Source: Thermoanaerobaculia bacterium
GTDB taxonomy: Bacteria > Acidobacteriota > Thermoanaerobaculia > Gp7-AA8
Direction of reading: 5' to 3'
Assembly (NCBI GenBank): GCA_017883235.1
Contig: JADGNY010000005.1
Location: 7,180 to 71,179, forward strand
DNA length: 64,000 bases
Under the pieces are notes generated by a model. That model worked only from the letters and a program-made list of their open reading frames with translations. It did no database searches and was not told the origin of the DNA. The position numbers and the translations under genes were made by a program. This document shows, one piece after another, positions 1 through 9,230 of the stretch (within the stretch, counting starts at the first letter, position 1; each line of letters begins with the position of its first letter).

Positions 1-1
1 C

Positions 2-121
2 GCCTCGTGCTGGATCGTCGTCATCGCCACGATCGTGAAGTCGCCGGTCAACAGCCTGATCGGCTTCGGAATCCTGGCCGCGGGATTGCCGGCGTATGCG
101 TGGTGGCGACGCGCGGCGTAG
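2..121 (+). CDS. 3' end of a membrane transporter gene (amino-acid permease-like C-terminus), cut by the window edge
   Basis: Frame 2 reads ...SCWIVVIATIVKSPVNSLIGFGILAAGLPAYAWWRRAA*, a hydrophobic helix followed by a basic tail, with TAG at 119-121. It is absent from the ORF track because it has no start in the window. Confidence 0.4.
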   Translation, partial: ASCWIVVIATIVKSPVNSLIGFGILAAGLPAYAWWRRAA

Positions 122-124
122 CGC

Positions 125-260
125 TGCGCGCGTTGTCGATTGTCGGTTGTCGGTTTGGGGCTACGCGGCGCTGTCGGTTGTCTGCGCTGCGGCGCGTGGA
201 CGGAATTCGCCAGTCGCGCCGCATGGGCGCAGATACAACTGATAACCGACAACGCGCCTA
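125..260. repeat. REP-like cluster of the GTTGTCGG / CCGACAAC family
   Basis: Contains cgttgtcgattgtcggttgtcgg, gctgtcggttgtctgcgctgcggcgcg and, inverted, ataaccgacaacgcgcc. The same motif recurs at 13.15, 31.55-31.70, 38.28, 43.35-43.42 and 44.25 kb. Confidence 0.55.
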
Positions 261-268
261 GCGCCGGT

Positions 269-1219
269 TCACGGCTGCGTCGCCCTGACCGGCACCTTCG
301 GATCCGCCGACGCCGACCGGAACACGTTCGTGGCCATGGCGATGATCGAGCTGACGTCGCTCAGGTTCGCGGGGATGATCATCGAGTTGCCGCTCTTGGC
401 CAGTTGGCCGAACTGCTTGATGTACTCCTCGGCCAGCCGGAGCTGCATGGCCTCGTAGCCGCCCGGCGTCTTGATGGCATCGGCGATCTGCTTGATGCCG
501 TTGGCCGTGGCCGCGGCGACCGATTGAATGGCCGCGGCCTGTCCCTCGGCTTCATTGATGGCCTGCTGTTTCTTCGCTTCCGACGCCTTGATGACCTGCT
601 GTTTGTCGCCGTCGGCGGCGTTGATGGCGGCGTCGCGCTGCCCTTCCGACTGCAGGACCGTGGCGCGCTTCTCGCGCTCGGCGCGCATCTGCTTCTCCAT
701 CGCAGCCAGCACGTCCTGCGGCGGGTTGATGTTCTTGATCTCGTAGCGGAGAACCTTCACGCCCCACGCCTCGGAGGCCTTGTCGACTTCCGTAACGACC
801 ATCATGTTGATGTTCGTCCGCTCCTCGAACGTACGATCGAGCTCGATCTTGCCGATCTCGCTGCGAAGGTTCGTCTGCGCGAGCTGGGAGATGGCGTAGG
901 TGTAGTCGGAGATGCCGTACGAGGCCCGCGCCGGGTCGAGCACTTTGAAGTACAGGACGCCGTCCACGGCAACCTGCACGTTATCGCGCGTGATGCAGAC
1001 CTGCTCCGGAACATTGAGCGCCACCTCTTTGAGCGAGTGCTTGTAGCGAATGGTGTCGAGGAACGGCACCAGGATGTGGAAGCCGGCGTTGAGCGTGGTC
1101 GAGTACTTGCCGAGCCGCTCCACCACCCAGGCGTTCTGCTGCGGTACGACCCGCGCGATGCGCCCGATCATGATCATGGCGAAGATGACGACGACGATTG
1201 CTACGATAAGAGTAGGCAT
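269..1219 (-). CDS. SPFH/Band 7 (stomatin-like) membrane protein
   Basis: 316 aa with an N-terminal TM helix, then a typical stomatin core (VVPQQNAWVVERLGKY...RDNVQVAVDGVLYFKV...GVKVLRYEIKNINPP) and an A/Q/E-rich coiled-coil tail. A NfeD partner lies upstream. Confidence 0.9.
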   Translation of the reverse strand: MPTLIVAIVVVIFAMIMIGRIARVVPQQNAWVVERLGKYSTTLNAGFHILVPFLDTIRYKHSLKEVALNVPEQVCITRDNVQVAVDGVLYFKVLDPARASYGISDYTYAISQLAQTNLRSEIGKIELDRTFEERTNINMMVVTEVDKASEAWGVKVLRYEIKNINPPQDVLAAMEKQMRAEREKRATVLQSEGQRDAAINAADGDKQQVIKASEAKKQQAINEAEGQAAAIQSVAAATANGIKQIADAIKTPGGYEAMQLRLAEEYIKQFGQLAKSGNSMIIPANLSDVSSIIAMATNVFRSASADPKVPVRATQP

Positions 1220-1243
1220 GAGAGGTTCCTCCGTTGATGTTGC

Positions 1244-1669
1244 TCACCACGCCCGGACATGGATCGTCAGCCCGACGATCTGTTCGACGACGCAGCGTTG
1301 ACCTTTGAGCAGCGGCGTTTCTCCGACATTGCGCGCCGTCCACGTACTTCCCCGCATCTCCGCTTTTCCCTCAGCCGCGACCGGCAGATCGGCGAGGACG
1401 ACAGCCCGTTCGCCGACGAATGTGTCGACGACCTTGGTGATATTGAATCCAAGTTTTCGCACGACGATCGGCCGCACGAAGATCAGGAGGACGACCGACG
1501 AAATCGAAAACGTCAGGAGCTGCCCCCACAGCGGCATGGGGATGCCGGCACCGACGATGATCGCCACCAGAAAGGCGCCGACCGCAAAAAAACCGATGTG
1601 CGCCGTCGTGGCGTGAAACTCGATGATGAGTAACAGAAACGCGGCGAGAACCCAGACCCACCAGGCCAT
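1244..1669 (-). CDS. NfeD-family membrane protein (SPFH partner)
   Basis: Internal ATG at 1667-1669 gives MAWWVWVLAAFLLLIIE..., with 3 TM helices followed by a C-terminal OB-like soluble domain (GKAEMRGSTWTARN...GLTIHV). The longer track ORF (to 1885) is an Arg-rich extension. Confidence 0.8.
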   Translation of the reverse strand: MAWWVWVLAAFLLLIIEFHATTAHIGFFAVGAFLVAIIVGAGIPMPLWGQLLTFSISSVVLLIFVRPIVVRKLGFNITKVVDTFVGERAVVLADLPVAAEGKAEMRGSTWTARNVGETPLLKGQRCVVEQIVGLTIHVRAW

Positions 1670-1692
1670 TTTCGTGAGTGATGAGCGTAACA

Positions 1693-2634
1693 CTACTTGG
1701 TGGGCGGCGGCGGCGGAGCAACAGTCGCCAACTGGCCGAGCACACTCTTCGCGATCGCCGGAACGAGCTTGACGTCGTCCGCCGTGCCTCGGGTCATGAT
1801 CACCAGGATCAGTTTTCGCCCGCCCGGCAGCTCGACGTACGCGGCATCGTGCCGGACCTCGGAGGTCCATCCCGCTTTCGACCATTCGCGCGAGCCGGCC
1901 GGCAACGACTCACCGATGAACTCCTTGACCTGGTTCTCGTCCGCGCGCGGCGGATTCAGAGGACGCTCGATCAGCGCCAGCATCGCGTCGCTGTCGGCGC
2001 CCGAGAGAGCGCGCTTCCGCGCGATCCAGAGAAGGAGGGCAGCAAACGAATTCGCGCTGGAACGGTTGCGGTTGGGCCGGGCGTCCCCACCCATGAGTTG
2101 CTTCTCGCGCCCGAACGGCCCGAAGCTCCACGGCTTGGCCATGGCGCTGATGTCGTAGCCCATCGAGGCAAACCAGCGGTTCACCACGCGCCGCTTTTCG
2201 ATGAACTTCGCCAGCGCGCGGCCCTCGAGATTCGGCCCCGGACAGGTGTCGCTGATGAGGTCGAGCAGAAAGGCGGTGGCGTCGTTGTCCGAGAGACGGA
2301 TCATCTCGCCCAACGCCCGCGCCACCTCCGGATCCGATTGAAGCTTCTGATGAAAGACCTCGGCCATGATGTAGAGCTTCACCACCGAGGCGGGATAAAA
2401 CGGCGCGTCGCCATGCCAGTCGCCGCGGTCGATCGTGGTCGGTTTCGTCACATCGACGATGCTGATGGCCAGGTTGTCCGCCGTCAGCTTCGGGAAATCC
2501 TTCAGCGTCTGCTCCGCCGCATTCTTCGCCGCCAGCTCCAACTCCGGATTCTTCGGCAGGTCGGTGAACTCGCGGAAGTTGGCAAAGGCGGAGGTGGCCA
2601 GGAGCACGAACAGAGCGGCGAATCGAATGCGCAT
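1693..2634 (-). CDS. Secreted class A beta-lactamase-like serine hydrolase
   Basis: Start chosen at MRIRFAALFVLLATSAFA (signal peptide). Motifs SVVK (SxxK), SDN and KAG are in the correct order. Confidence 0.75.
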   Translation of the reverse strand: MRIRFAALFVLLATSAFANFREFTDLPKNPELELAAKNAAEQTLKDFPKLTADNLAISIVDVTKPTTIDRGDWHGDAPFYPASVVKLYIMAEVFHQKLQSDPEVARALGEMIRLSDNDATAFLLDLISDTCPGPNLEGRALAKFIEKRRVVNRWFASMGYDISAMAKPWSFGPFGREKQLMGGDARPNRNRSSANSFAALLLWIARKRALSGADSDAMLALIERPLNPPRADENQVKEFIGESLPAGSREWSKAGWTSEVRHDAAYVELPGGRKLILVIMTRGTADDVKLVPAIAKSVLGQLATVAPPPPPTK

Positions 2635-2666
2635 GGTGGAATTGTAGCGGTCGTATACTCGGGGGG

Positions 2667-2876
2667 ATGATCCCCGACGATGAAACGTTTGAGGCGCTAA
2701 AACGCAAGACGGCGTCGATGACAATCCAGGAACGTGTCGCCTATTGCCTCGAGCTTGGAAGGCAAGAGATCCAGGCGTACGCTCTTGCAAACGGTGTAAC
2801 CGAAGATGAAGCCCGGCAGCGTTGGCGGCTTCGGAGTCAGTTCGGCCGGCGCTTCTCGCGGTGTAAAGCGGGATAG
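2667..2876 (+). CDS. Small hypothetical protein (69 aa)
   Basis: ATG preceded by a G-run, with non-Arg-rich helical composition. The 3' end runs into a REP element. Weak call. Confidence 0.25.
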   Translation: MIPDDETFEALKRKTASMTIQERVAYCLELGRQEIQAYALANGVTEDEARQRWRLRSQFGRRFSRCKAG

Positions 2877-2910
2877 GCGACTTGCTGCTTATTCTGGGAT
2901 GCACGGGGCC

Positions 2911-3093
2911 GGAGAGCGGGCATCTTGCCTGCTCCCGCCGGGCGTCTCGCGCGGCGGTGGGAGCGAACGTGATGCGGCTCTTTCGCCTGATAACCGAGTC
3001 ACTTCCTGCTACACACGTTCCTATTGTTCGTAATCTCAGAAACCACCGCCGGGCGAGGACGCCCGGCGGGAGCAGGCAGGATGCCCGCTCTCC
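2911..3093. repeat. Long hairpin REP/MITE-like element
   Basis: ggagagcgggcatcttgcctgctcccgccgggcgtc at the left end is the near-perfect reverse complement of gacgcccggcgggagcaggcaggatgcccgctctcc at the right end. Confidence 0.7.
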
Positions 3094-3147
3094 GCTACGG
3101 CGTCTGTCCGCGTTATCAGGCGGCGAATATGGTGTTGTCGCCCATCC

Positions 3148-5229
3148 CTACCGCCACCCCCTCACCCTCTCCGCGACCGCCTCCGGTGTGAAACCGAAGT
3201 GCTTCTCGATGTCCGCCAGCGGAGCTGACGCGCCGAAGCGGTCGATGCCGATGATGAGGGCGTCGTGGTTGACGTATTTGTACCAGCCGGATGAGCGGCC
3301 GGCTTCGATGGCGACGATGCGGCTGCGGTCGCCGAGGACCTCGTTCTGGTAGTCCTCAGGCTGGCGGTCGAAGATGTCGAGCGAGGGAGCGGAGACGACG
3401 CGGGCGCGGATGCCCTCGTCGCGCAGCAGCTCCGCGGTACGCACGGCCAGCGTCACCTCGGAGCCGGTAGCGATGAAGGTGAAATCGCCGTCGGCGTAGC
3501 CGTCGAGCACGTACGCACCACGCCAGATCTGGTGCGGATCGAAATCAGCGCCGTGCGGGATGATGTCGACCTTCTGCCGCGTCAGCACGATGATGGTCGG
3601 CCCTTCATGCTTGTTGCCGATCGCCCAAGCCCAGGCCATTCCGGTCTCGACGCCGTCGGCAGGACGGAAGAGGGTCATGTTCGGAATCAGGCGGAGCGAG
3701 AAGAGCTGCTCGACCGACTGATGAGTCGGACCGTCTTCGCCGAGGAAGACCGAATCGTGTGTGTAGACGAAGATCGACGGGATCTGCATCAGCGCGGCCA
3801 AGCGGATGGCAGGCCGCATGTAGTCGGAGAAGATCAGGAACGTCGAACCGTGGACGCGGAACGGACCGTAGAGGGTTATCCCGTTGAGCGCCGCGCCCAT
3901 GGCATGCTCACGGATGCCGAAATGGAGGTTCTTGCCCTTGAAGAGATCGAATGGCGGCGGGTCGTTGACGTCATCCTTCAACCGCTCGATCGAGCCGCCG
4001 TTCTTGAAGTTGGTCTTCGTCGATGATGCCAGATCCGCGGCGCCGCCGACGACGAACGGTGCGATGTCGCCGATCTTCTGGATAACCTGGTTCGACAGTT
4101 CGCGCGTGGCAATCGGCTTGTCGGTCTTTCCGGCATCCGCGAGCTGCAGCTCGAAACCCTCCGGCAGCGAATGCGACCAGCACGCGTCCCACTCCGCGGC
4201 GAGCTGCGGGTTGCGCGCGCGCCACTCGGCCATTCCGGTGTCCCACTGCTTGCGCGCCCGCGCCAGCCTCTTGACCTTGCGCGCGAACTCGGAGCGCACC
4301 TCGTCGGGAACGTAGAACGCCGGCTCGGCCGGCCACCCGAGGGCCACCTTCGTCGCCGCGGCCTCCTCGGGGCCCAGCGGTTCGCCGTGCGCGCGCGAGG
4401 TACCGTGGAACTTCGGACTTCCAAAGCCGATGACCGTCTTGGCCATGATCATCGACGGCTTGTCGGTGACCTTCTGCGCTTTGCGGATGGCTTTGCGCAC
4501 GGCGTCGCGGTCGTGGCCGTCGATCTTCTGCACATGCCAGTGCGCGGCTTCGAATCGCTTCTTCACGTCCTCCGACATCGAGAGACGCTTGTCGCCGTCG
4601 AGAGTCACGTCGTTGTCGTCATAGAGGTAGATGAGGTTGCCCAGCCCGAGGTGACCCGCCAGCGAGGCTGCCTCGGAGCTGATCCCTTCCTCCAGATCGC
4701 CGTCGGAGCAGATGACGTAGATCCAGTTCTGGACTGGCTTGAACGCATCGTCAGTATTGAAGCGCGCCGCCAGCATCTTCGAGGCGATGCCCATGCCGAC
4801 GCCGTTGGCGAACCCCTGGCCGAGCGGGCCGGTGGTGGCCTCGATGCCGGGAGCGTCGCCGTACTCGGGGTGACCGGCGGTCTTCGAGCCCCATTGCCGG
4901 AAGCTCTGCAACTGCTCCATGGTCATCTCCGGATAGCCGGTGAGATGCAGCAGCGAATAGAGGAGCATGGAGGCATGGCCGGCGGAGAGGACGAAGCGGT
5001 CGCGATCCTGCCACGACGGCTGCTTCGGATCGTGACGCAGGAAGTCGGTCCAGAGGACGAAGGCCATGTCGGCCATCCCCATCGGCGCGCCGGGATGTCC
5101 GGACTTCGCTTTCTCGACGCCGTCGATGGCCAGGAAGCGGATGGTGTTGACACAAAGCTCTTCGAGCTTGTCTTTGGTTCCGGCGATTGCGCTGCTGGCC
5201 TCGGCCGCTCCGCCCGTCTGTTCGTCCAT
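3148..5229 (-). CDS. tkt: Transketolase
   Basis: Start at MDEQTGG, with GGAGGAAG immediately upstream. Motifs: SGHPGAPMGMA, CSDGDLEEGIS, TGPLGQG and a conserved C-terminal domain. The track ORF extends to 5343. Confidence 0.95.
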   Translation of the reverse strand: MDEQTGGAAEASSAIAGTKDKLEELCVNTIRFLAIDGVEKAKSGHPGAPMGMADMAFVLWTDFLRHDPKQPSWQDRDRFVLSAGHASMLLYSLLHLTGYPEMTMEQLQSFRQWGSKTAGHPEYGDAPGIEATTGPLGQGFANGVGMGIASKMLAARFNTDDAFKPVQNWIYVICSDGDLEEGISSEAASLAGHLGLGNLIYLYDDNDVTLDGDKRLSMSEDVKKRFEAAHWHVQKIDGHDRDAVRKAIRKAQKVTDKPSMIMAKTVIGFGSPKFHGTSRAHGEPLGPEEAAATKVALGWPAEPAFYVPDEVRSEFARKVKRLARARKQWDTGMAEWRARNPQLAAEWDACWSHSLPEGFELQLADAGKTDKPIATRELSNQVIQKIGDIAPFVVGGAADLASSTKTNFKNGGSIERLKDDVNDPPPFDLFKGKNLHFGIREHAMGAALNGITLYGPFRVHGSTFLIFSDYMRPAIRLAALMQIPSIFVYTHDSVFLGEDGPTHQSVEQLFSLRLIPNMTLFRPADGVETGMAWAWAIGNKHEGPTIIVLTRQKVDIIPHGADFDPHQIWRGAYVLDGYADGDFTFIATGSEVTLAVRTAELLRDEGIRARVVSAPSLDIFDRQPEDYQNEVLGDRSRIVAIEAGRSSGWYKYVNHDALIIGIDRFGASAPLADIEKHFGFTPEAVAERVRGWR

Positions 5230-5422
5230 GCTTCCTCCGATGCTTGCCGCTGATCTGGCGAGCGGCCGGATTATACTCAGCGCCTTCCGGGCCGATTGAC
5301 GCCGCAGGTATGAACAAACTCTTCCCGATCGAGCCCCGACCACCCTCTGTCGCTGGTGGAGCGGATGCGGGATATGTCGGGGCGGGTGTGAGACAAATGA
5401 CCGAGATGGCTATAATAGCCAT

Positions 5423-5719
5423 ATGAAAAAGGCCAGCGTGTCCGAAACGAAGAACAACCTCAGCGCGATCCTACGTCAGGTTCGAGAGGGAGAGAGCTAC
5501 CTCATCGTCGATCGAGGCAACCCCGTCGCGCGGCTCGATCCGGTGACTGCGGAGGACAAAGGAGAGGACCAACGGCGCGCGGACCTGGAGCGACGAGGTA
5601 TTCTTCGTCGAGGGCTCGGAAAAATCCGCAAGGAGATCGTCGACACAGCGCCTCCCTCTCTGCCGAAGAACGTCAGCGCGCTCGCCTTGCTGCTCGACGA
5701 GCGAGAAACAGGACGATGA
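5423..5719 (+). CDS. Type II antitoxin, Phd/YefM-like (VapB role)
   Basis: MKKASVSETKNNLSAILRQVREGESYLIVDRGNPVARL is typical of the Phd/YefM N-terminus. It has a 4-nt ATGA overlap with the downstream PIN gene. Confidence 0.8.
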   Translation: MKKASVSETKNNLSAILRQVREGESYLIVDRGNPVARLDPVTAEDKGEDQRRADLERRGILRRGLGKIRKEIVDTAPPSLPKNVSALALLLDERETGR

Positions 5720-6150
5720 AGTTCTGGGACAGTTCGGCGGTCATCCCGCTTCTGGTCACGGAATCGATGACTCCCGCCGTCCGCGACATCCTCACCAAGG
5801 ATCGCCAAATGCACGTCTGGTGGGCAACGGAAGTCGAGTGCGTTTCGGCGCTCGCTCGCCTCGAACGGGAAAAACCGGGAGCCTCAATCTCCATCGAGAC
5901 CGCCTTCGATCGTCTTAACGCTCTACGCGAAGACTGGAGCGAGATTGCCGCTGTAAACATCGTGCGCGACGTCGCCAAACGTCTTTTGAGAGTCCATGCT
6001 CTGCGCGCCGCAGACTCACTGCAGTTGGCAGCCGCGTCGGTTCTTGCCGACGGCGATCGTGACTCGGTGACCGTCGTCTCCCTCGACGATCGCCTGCGGG
6101 ATGCGGCGCGCCGGGAAGGGTTCCCGCTACTTCCGCAGCGGGCGCAGTGA
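5716..6150 (+). CDS. vapC: PIN-domain toxin VapC
   Basis: MKFWDSSAVIPLL... has the acidic-residue layout of a PIN domain (D5, E, D near SLDDRL). It is coupled to the antitoxin. Confidence 0.8.
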   Translation: MKFWDSSAVIPLLVTESMTPAVRDILTKDRQMHVWWATEVECVSALARLEREKPGASISIETAFDRLNALREDWSEIAAVNIVRDVAKRLLRVHALRAADSLQLAAASVLADGDRDSVTVVSLDDRLRDAARREGFPLLPQRAQ

Positions 6151-6299
6151 GACCGCAATCGTGAAGACGGCCAAGTGTTGAGAAACAAAGCTCCGGCCCC
6201 GTGAGCTCCACTGTGAGCTCCACTCGACGCGAAGGCTTCCCAGCTACTTCCGCAGCAGACACAGTGAGGCGTTCAGCTCCTCGTATGCGTACGTCGCAC

Positions 6300-6950
6300 T
6301 CACGTATGGTTCACGCTGGTGTAGATCCGGGTGAACGCACCCGCCTGCACGACAGACGTTGGCGGATCGATCTCGTGCAGCCAAGGCTGGCCGCGGAAGG
6401 AATCGTCGCCGTAGAAGATAGTAGCGATGCGGATCAGCTTCGCGGCGGCGATGCGCTCAAGCGCGGCGACCACATTCGGGAGCACGGTTTGATAGAACGG
6501 GTGGTACATGAAGTAGACCGTACCATCGTCGATCGGCGCATGGACAACATCGCCGGTACGGACATCGACACGGTTGGCCAAGCCGAGGTTTGCGGCGGCG
6601 GTGGTGGCGTGGGCCACGCGCTCGGGTAACAGCTCGACTCCGCGGAAACGCGCCGGAGCGACGAGCGCGCCATACAACAGCACGCGCCCGTAACCGCAGC
6701 CGAGGTCGTAGAAGACGTCATCGGCGGTCAGCGTCAGACGGTGGAAGAGGTCGCGAAGCGCGCAGAAGGCGGTTCCCCCGTAGACGAAGTTGTTCTTTCC
6801 CGCTGCGTTGATGACGCCGCGCAGGTCGAGGCTGCGCTCGATGGATGATGCGTCGATGCCGAGGAGCGCATCGAGTGAATCCTCACTCCCGTCGTCATCG
6901 CCGCCGTGGAAGGTGCGGATTGCATGGGAGGCAACATTCACCATTGACAA
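6300..6950 (-). CDS. Class I SAM-dependent methyltransferase
   Basis: Motif I VFYDLGCGYGRVLL, followed by an acidic loop (GVELL) and DVVHAPIDDGTVYFM. Confidence 0.7.
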   Translation of the reverse strand: MSMVNVASHAIRTFHGGDDDGSEDSLDALLGIDASSIERSLDLRGVINAAGKNNFVYGGTAFCALRDLFHRLTLTADDVFYDLGCGYGRVLLYGALVAPARFRGVELLPERVAHATTAAANLGLANRVDVRTGDVVHAPIDDGTVYFMYHPFYQTVLPNVVAALERIAAAKLIRIATIFYGDDSFRGQPWLHEIDPPTSVVQAGAFTRIYTSVNHT

Positions 6951-7059
6951 ATCATTTGTACCCCGCTATCGTTCCTTCTCTATCGTATTCAGTCAAGCGA
7001 TCCTTCCGGACCACGCGGAGGTGTGACGCGGAGGTACCGGACGAGAGGAGGAAACAACA

Positions 7060-7230
7060 ATGGGATTCACGACTCTCTACGCCCCTTCTATCCGCGATGC
7101 AATCAAACGCAACGACAAGCACGAAATGCAGCAGCTCCTCGATCACGCGAAGCAGGTGGAAAAAGAACAGGGTGATCTGCCGGCCGCGGTTCGCGAGCTG
7201 GAGCAGGCCCTCGCGAAGCACAAGCCCTGA
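7060..7230 (+). CDS. Small DUF1843-like protein (56 aa), not in the ORF track
   Basis: ATG at 7060 sits 6 nt after GAGGAGGAAA. It translates to MGFTTLYAPSIRDAIKRNDKHEMQQLLDHAKQVEKEQGDLPAAVRELEQALAKHKP*, which resembles the DUF1843 consensus (YgpaI.dAi..gDl..mk.l...ae....qGDl.aAl..L..eiaK) as I recall it. Confidence 0.6.
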   Translation: MGFTTLYAPSIRDAIKRNDKHEMQQLLDHAKQVEKEQGDLPAAVRELEQALAKHKP

Positions 7231-7281
7231 CGTTTCCGCGGACCGACCACCTTCGGTCCGCCACTTCTGCCGAGGGTCACA

Positions 7282-8703
7282 ATGCCGCAGCGATACCTCC
7301 ACGATGAAGATTACCTCCATGCGCATCCCGTACACGTGGTGTGGGAACTGACGCTCGCCTGTAACCTCAAATGCCTGCACTGCGGCTCGCGCGCGGGCAA
7401 GGTTCGGCCGGGCGAATTGTCGACGGAAGAGGCATTGGACGTCGTACGGCAATTGGCAGCGCTCGGCGTGCGCGCCATCTCCGTCATCGGCGGCGAGGCT
7501 TATCTACGGCGAGATTGGATCGAGATCATCCGGGCCATCACCGATCACGGCATTGAAGCGGGGATGCAGACCGGCGGCCGGGCGCTGACGGAGGAGAAAG
7601 TAGTGCGCGCGAAAGAGGCGGGGCTTCGTGCTTGTGGCGTCTCGATCGACGGACTGGCCGATCTCCACGACGAGCTGCGCGGCGTCAAAGGTTCATTCGC
7701 CTCGGCGATGGAAGCGCTCGGCCATCTGAAACGCCACGGCATACCGAGCGGCGTGAACACGCAGATCACCAGCCGCACGATGCCGCAACTGCGCAACATC
7801 CTCCACGCCATCGCGGCCGCAGGCGCCACGAACTGGCAGATACAGCTCACCGTCGCCATGGGGAACGCCGTCGACCATCCCGAGTTGCTGCTGCAGCCGT
7901 ACGAGCTCCTCGATCTGATGCCGTTGCTTGACGAGCTTTACGACGAAGCGGCATCGATGGGGGTATTGATCCAGCCGGGAAACAACATCGGTTATTTCGG
8001 ACCGTATGAACATCGGTGGCGACTCGCCGATCATGAGGAAGGCCATTGGCAAGGCTGCATGGCCGGACACGCCGTCCTCGGCATCGAGGCGGACGGCACG
8101 ATCAAAGGCTGCCCGTCGCTTCCCACTGTCGGTTTCTCCGGCGGCAACGTCCGGGACCTGTCGATCGCCGATATGTGGAAGATGAGCAGTGCGCTTCGCT
8201 TCTCACGCGACCGCGGACTGAACGATCTCTGGGGCCGTTGCGGCGACTGCTACTACGCCGACGTGTGCCGCGCCGGCTGCACGTGGACCGGCACTGTGCT
8301 CTTCGGCCGTCCCGGTAATAATCCGTACTGTCACTATCGCGCGCTGAAGCTCGCGGAGCAGGGTCTTCGGGAGCGCATCGTGAAGACCGCCGATGCTCCG
8401 GGCCGATCGTTCGATGAGGGGAAGTTCGATCTCATCACTGAGCCGCTCGACGGCGGCGATGGTCCGCGCAGCGTGGCCGTTCCGCCGCCATGGACGTTCC
8501 GCGATGTACAAGTGGCGCGGGAGGCTGACCGCGTCCCGCCACAGCTTCCGCTGTGCCGCGGCTGCAATCAGTACGTGCTCGAGGGAACAGAGAGCTGTCC
8601 TCACTGCGGAAGCGACATCGCGGCCGAGGCTACGCAATACGCCGAGAATCTCGCGACTCTTTACGCCGCGGCGGAAAAGGTGCGCGCTCTGCTCGCGCAG
8701 TGA
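7282..8703 (+). CDS. Radical SAM / SPASM-domain enzyme with a C-terminal zinc-ribbon extension
   Basis: CNLKCLHC (CxxxCxxC) lies near the N-terminus. A SPASM-like Cys cluster is present (GCMAG...GCPS...CGDCYYADVCRAGC). There is an extra C-terminal CRGC...CPHC ribbon and a helical tail. Confidence 0.85.
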   Translation: MPQRYLHDEDYLHAHPVHVVWELTLACNLKCLHCGSRAGKVRPGELSTEEALDVVRQLAALGVRAISVIGGEAYLRRDWIEIIRAITDHGIEAGMQTGGRALTEEKVVRAKEAGLRACGVSIDGLADLHDELRGVKGSFASAMEALGHLKRHGIPSGVNTQITSRTMPQLRNILHAIAAAGATNWQIQLTVAMGNAVDHPELLLQPYELLDLMPLLDELYDEAASMGVLIQPGNNIGYFGPYEHRWRLADHEEGHWQGCMAGHAVLGIEADGTIKGCPSLPTVGFSGGNVRDLSIADMWKMSSALRFSRDRGLNDLWGRCGDCYYADVCRAGCTWTGTVLFGRPGNNPYCHYRALKLAEQGLRERIVKTADAPGRSFDEGKFDLITEPLDGGDGPRSVAVPPPWTFRDVQVAREADRVPPQLPLCRGCNQYVLEGTESCPHCGSDIAAEATQYAENLATLYAAAEKVRALLAQ

Positions 8704-8746
8704 CTGCAACCGGTCGTCGCAGTGGGCGAGCTGCGGCAGTCAACGG

Positions 8747-9202
8747 CTATCGATCGAGATATGCCGCAACAAGCTGCGCGATCGCCTCGTGCCTTGTTCC
8801 CCACCCTGCCCACACGCCCGCGCTCCATTCGCGGACGGCGGCGGCGTGGTCGTCGGCCATCGCGACGTCGAAGATCGTGAGCGGCCAGACGACAGATGGG
8901 GGATCGAAGTGCGGCCAGTCGCGGACGCGTGTCGCGAGTTGCTGCAGATACGGGGCGACGGGGGGAGGCGGGATTCCGCGTTCGAGGACGAGATGTAAGC
9001 CCGTCAGGTGAATGAAGACCGACTTATCGGGATGACGTCCACCCGCGTGTTGCACCGCGTACGCGTCGACCGTCAGTTGGTGCACCTTTCCGAAGAGCGC
9101 CGCGTTGCTGAACTCCGCGCCGATGACCTCGGTGAAGACGCTCCAGCATTCCTGCGACGTGTTGAAGTAGCCGTCGTAGGTTGCGACTTCGGTCGCCGGC
9201 AT
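8747..9202 (-). CDS. DUF5946-like protein (true start probably upstream of the first ATG)
   Basis: YFNTSQECWSVFTEV...HQLTVDAYAVQHAG...IHLTGLHLVLERG matches my recollection of DUF5946. The in-frame upstream sequence encodes ...SRCPGCGLS before the ATG. Confidence 0.6.
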   Translation of the reverse strand: MPATEVATYDGYFNTSQECWSVFTEVIGAEFSNAALFGKVHQLTVDAYAVQHAGGRHPDKSVFIHLTGLHLVLERGIPPPPVAPYLQQLATRVRDWPHFDPPSVVWPLTIFDVAMADDHAAAVREWSAGVWAGWGTRHEAIAQLVAAYLDR

Positions 9203-9230
9203 CGAGAGGCCGCAGCCGGGGCAGCGGGAT

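Noticed and set aside
6119-6270. A decayed duplicate of the last 37 nt or so of vapC (gaagg[g/c]ttccc.gctacttccgcagc...cagtgag) 114 bp downstream, plus a tandem gtgagctccact x2.
   Set aside because: Short and imperfect (about 6 mismatches), with no associated feature. It is probably a slippage or duplication remnant of little consequence.
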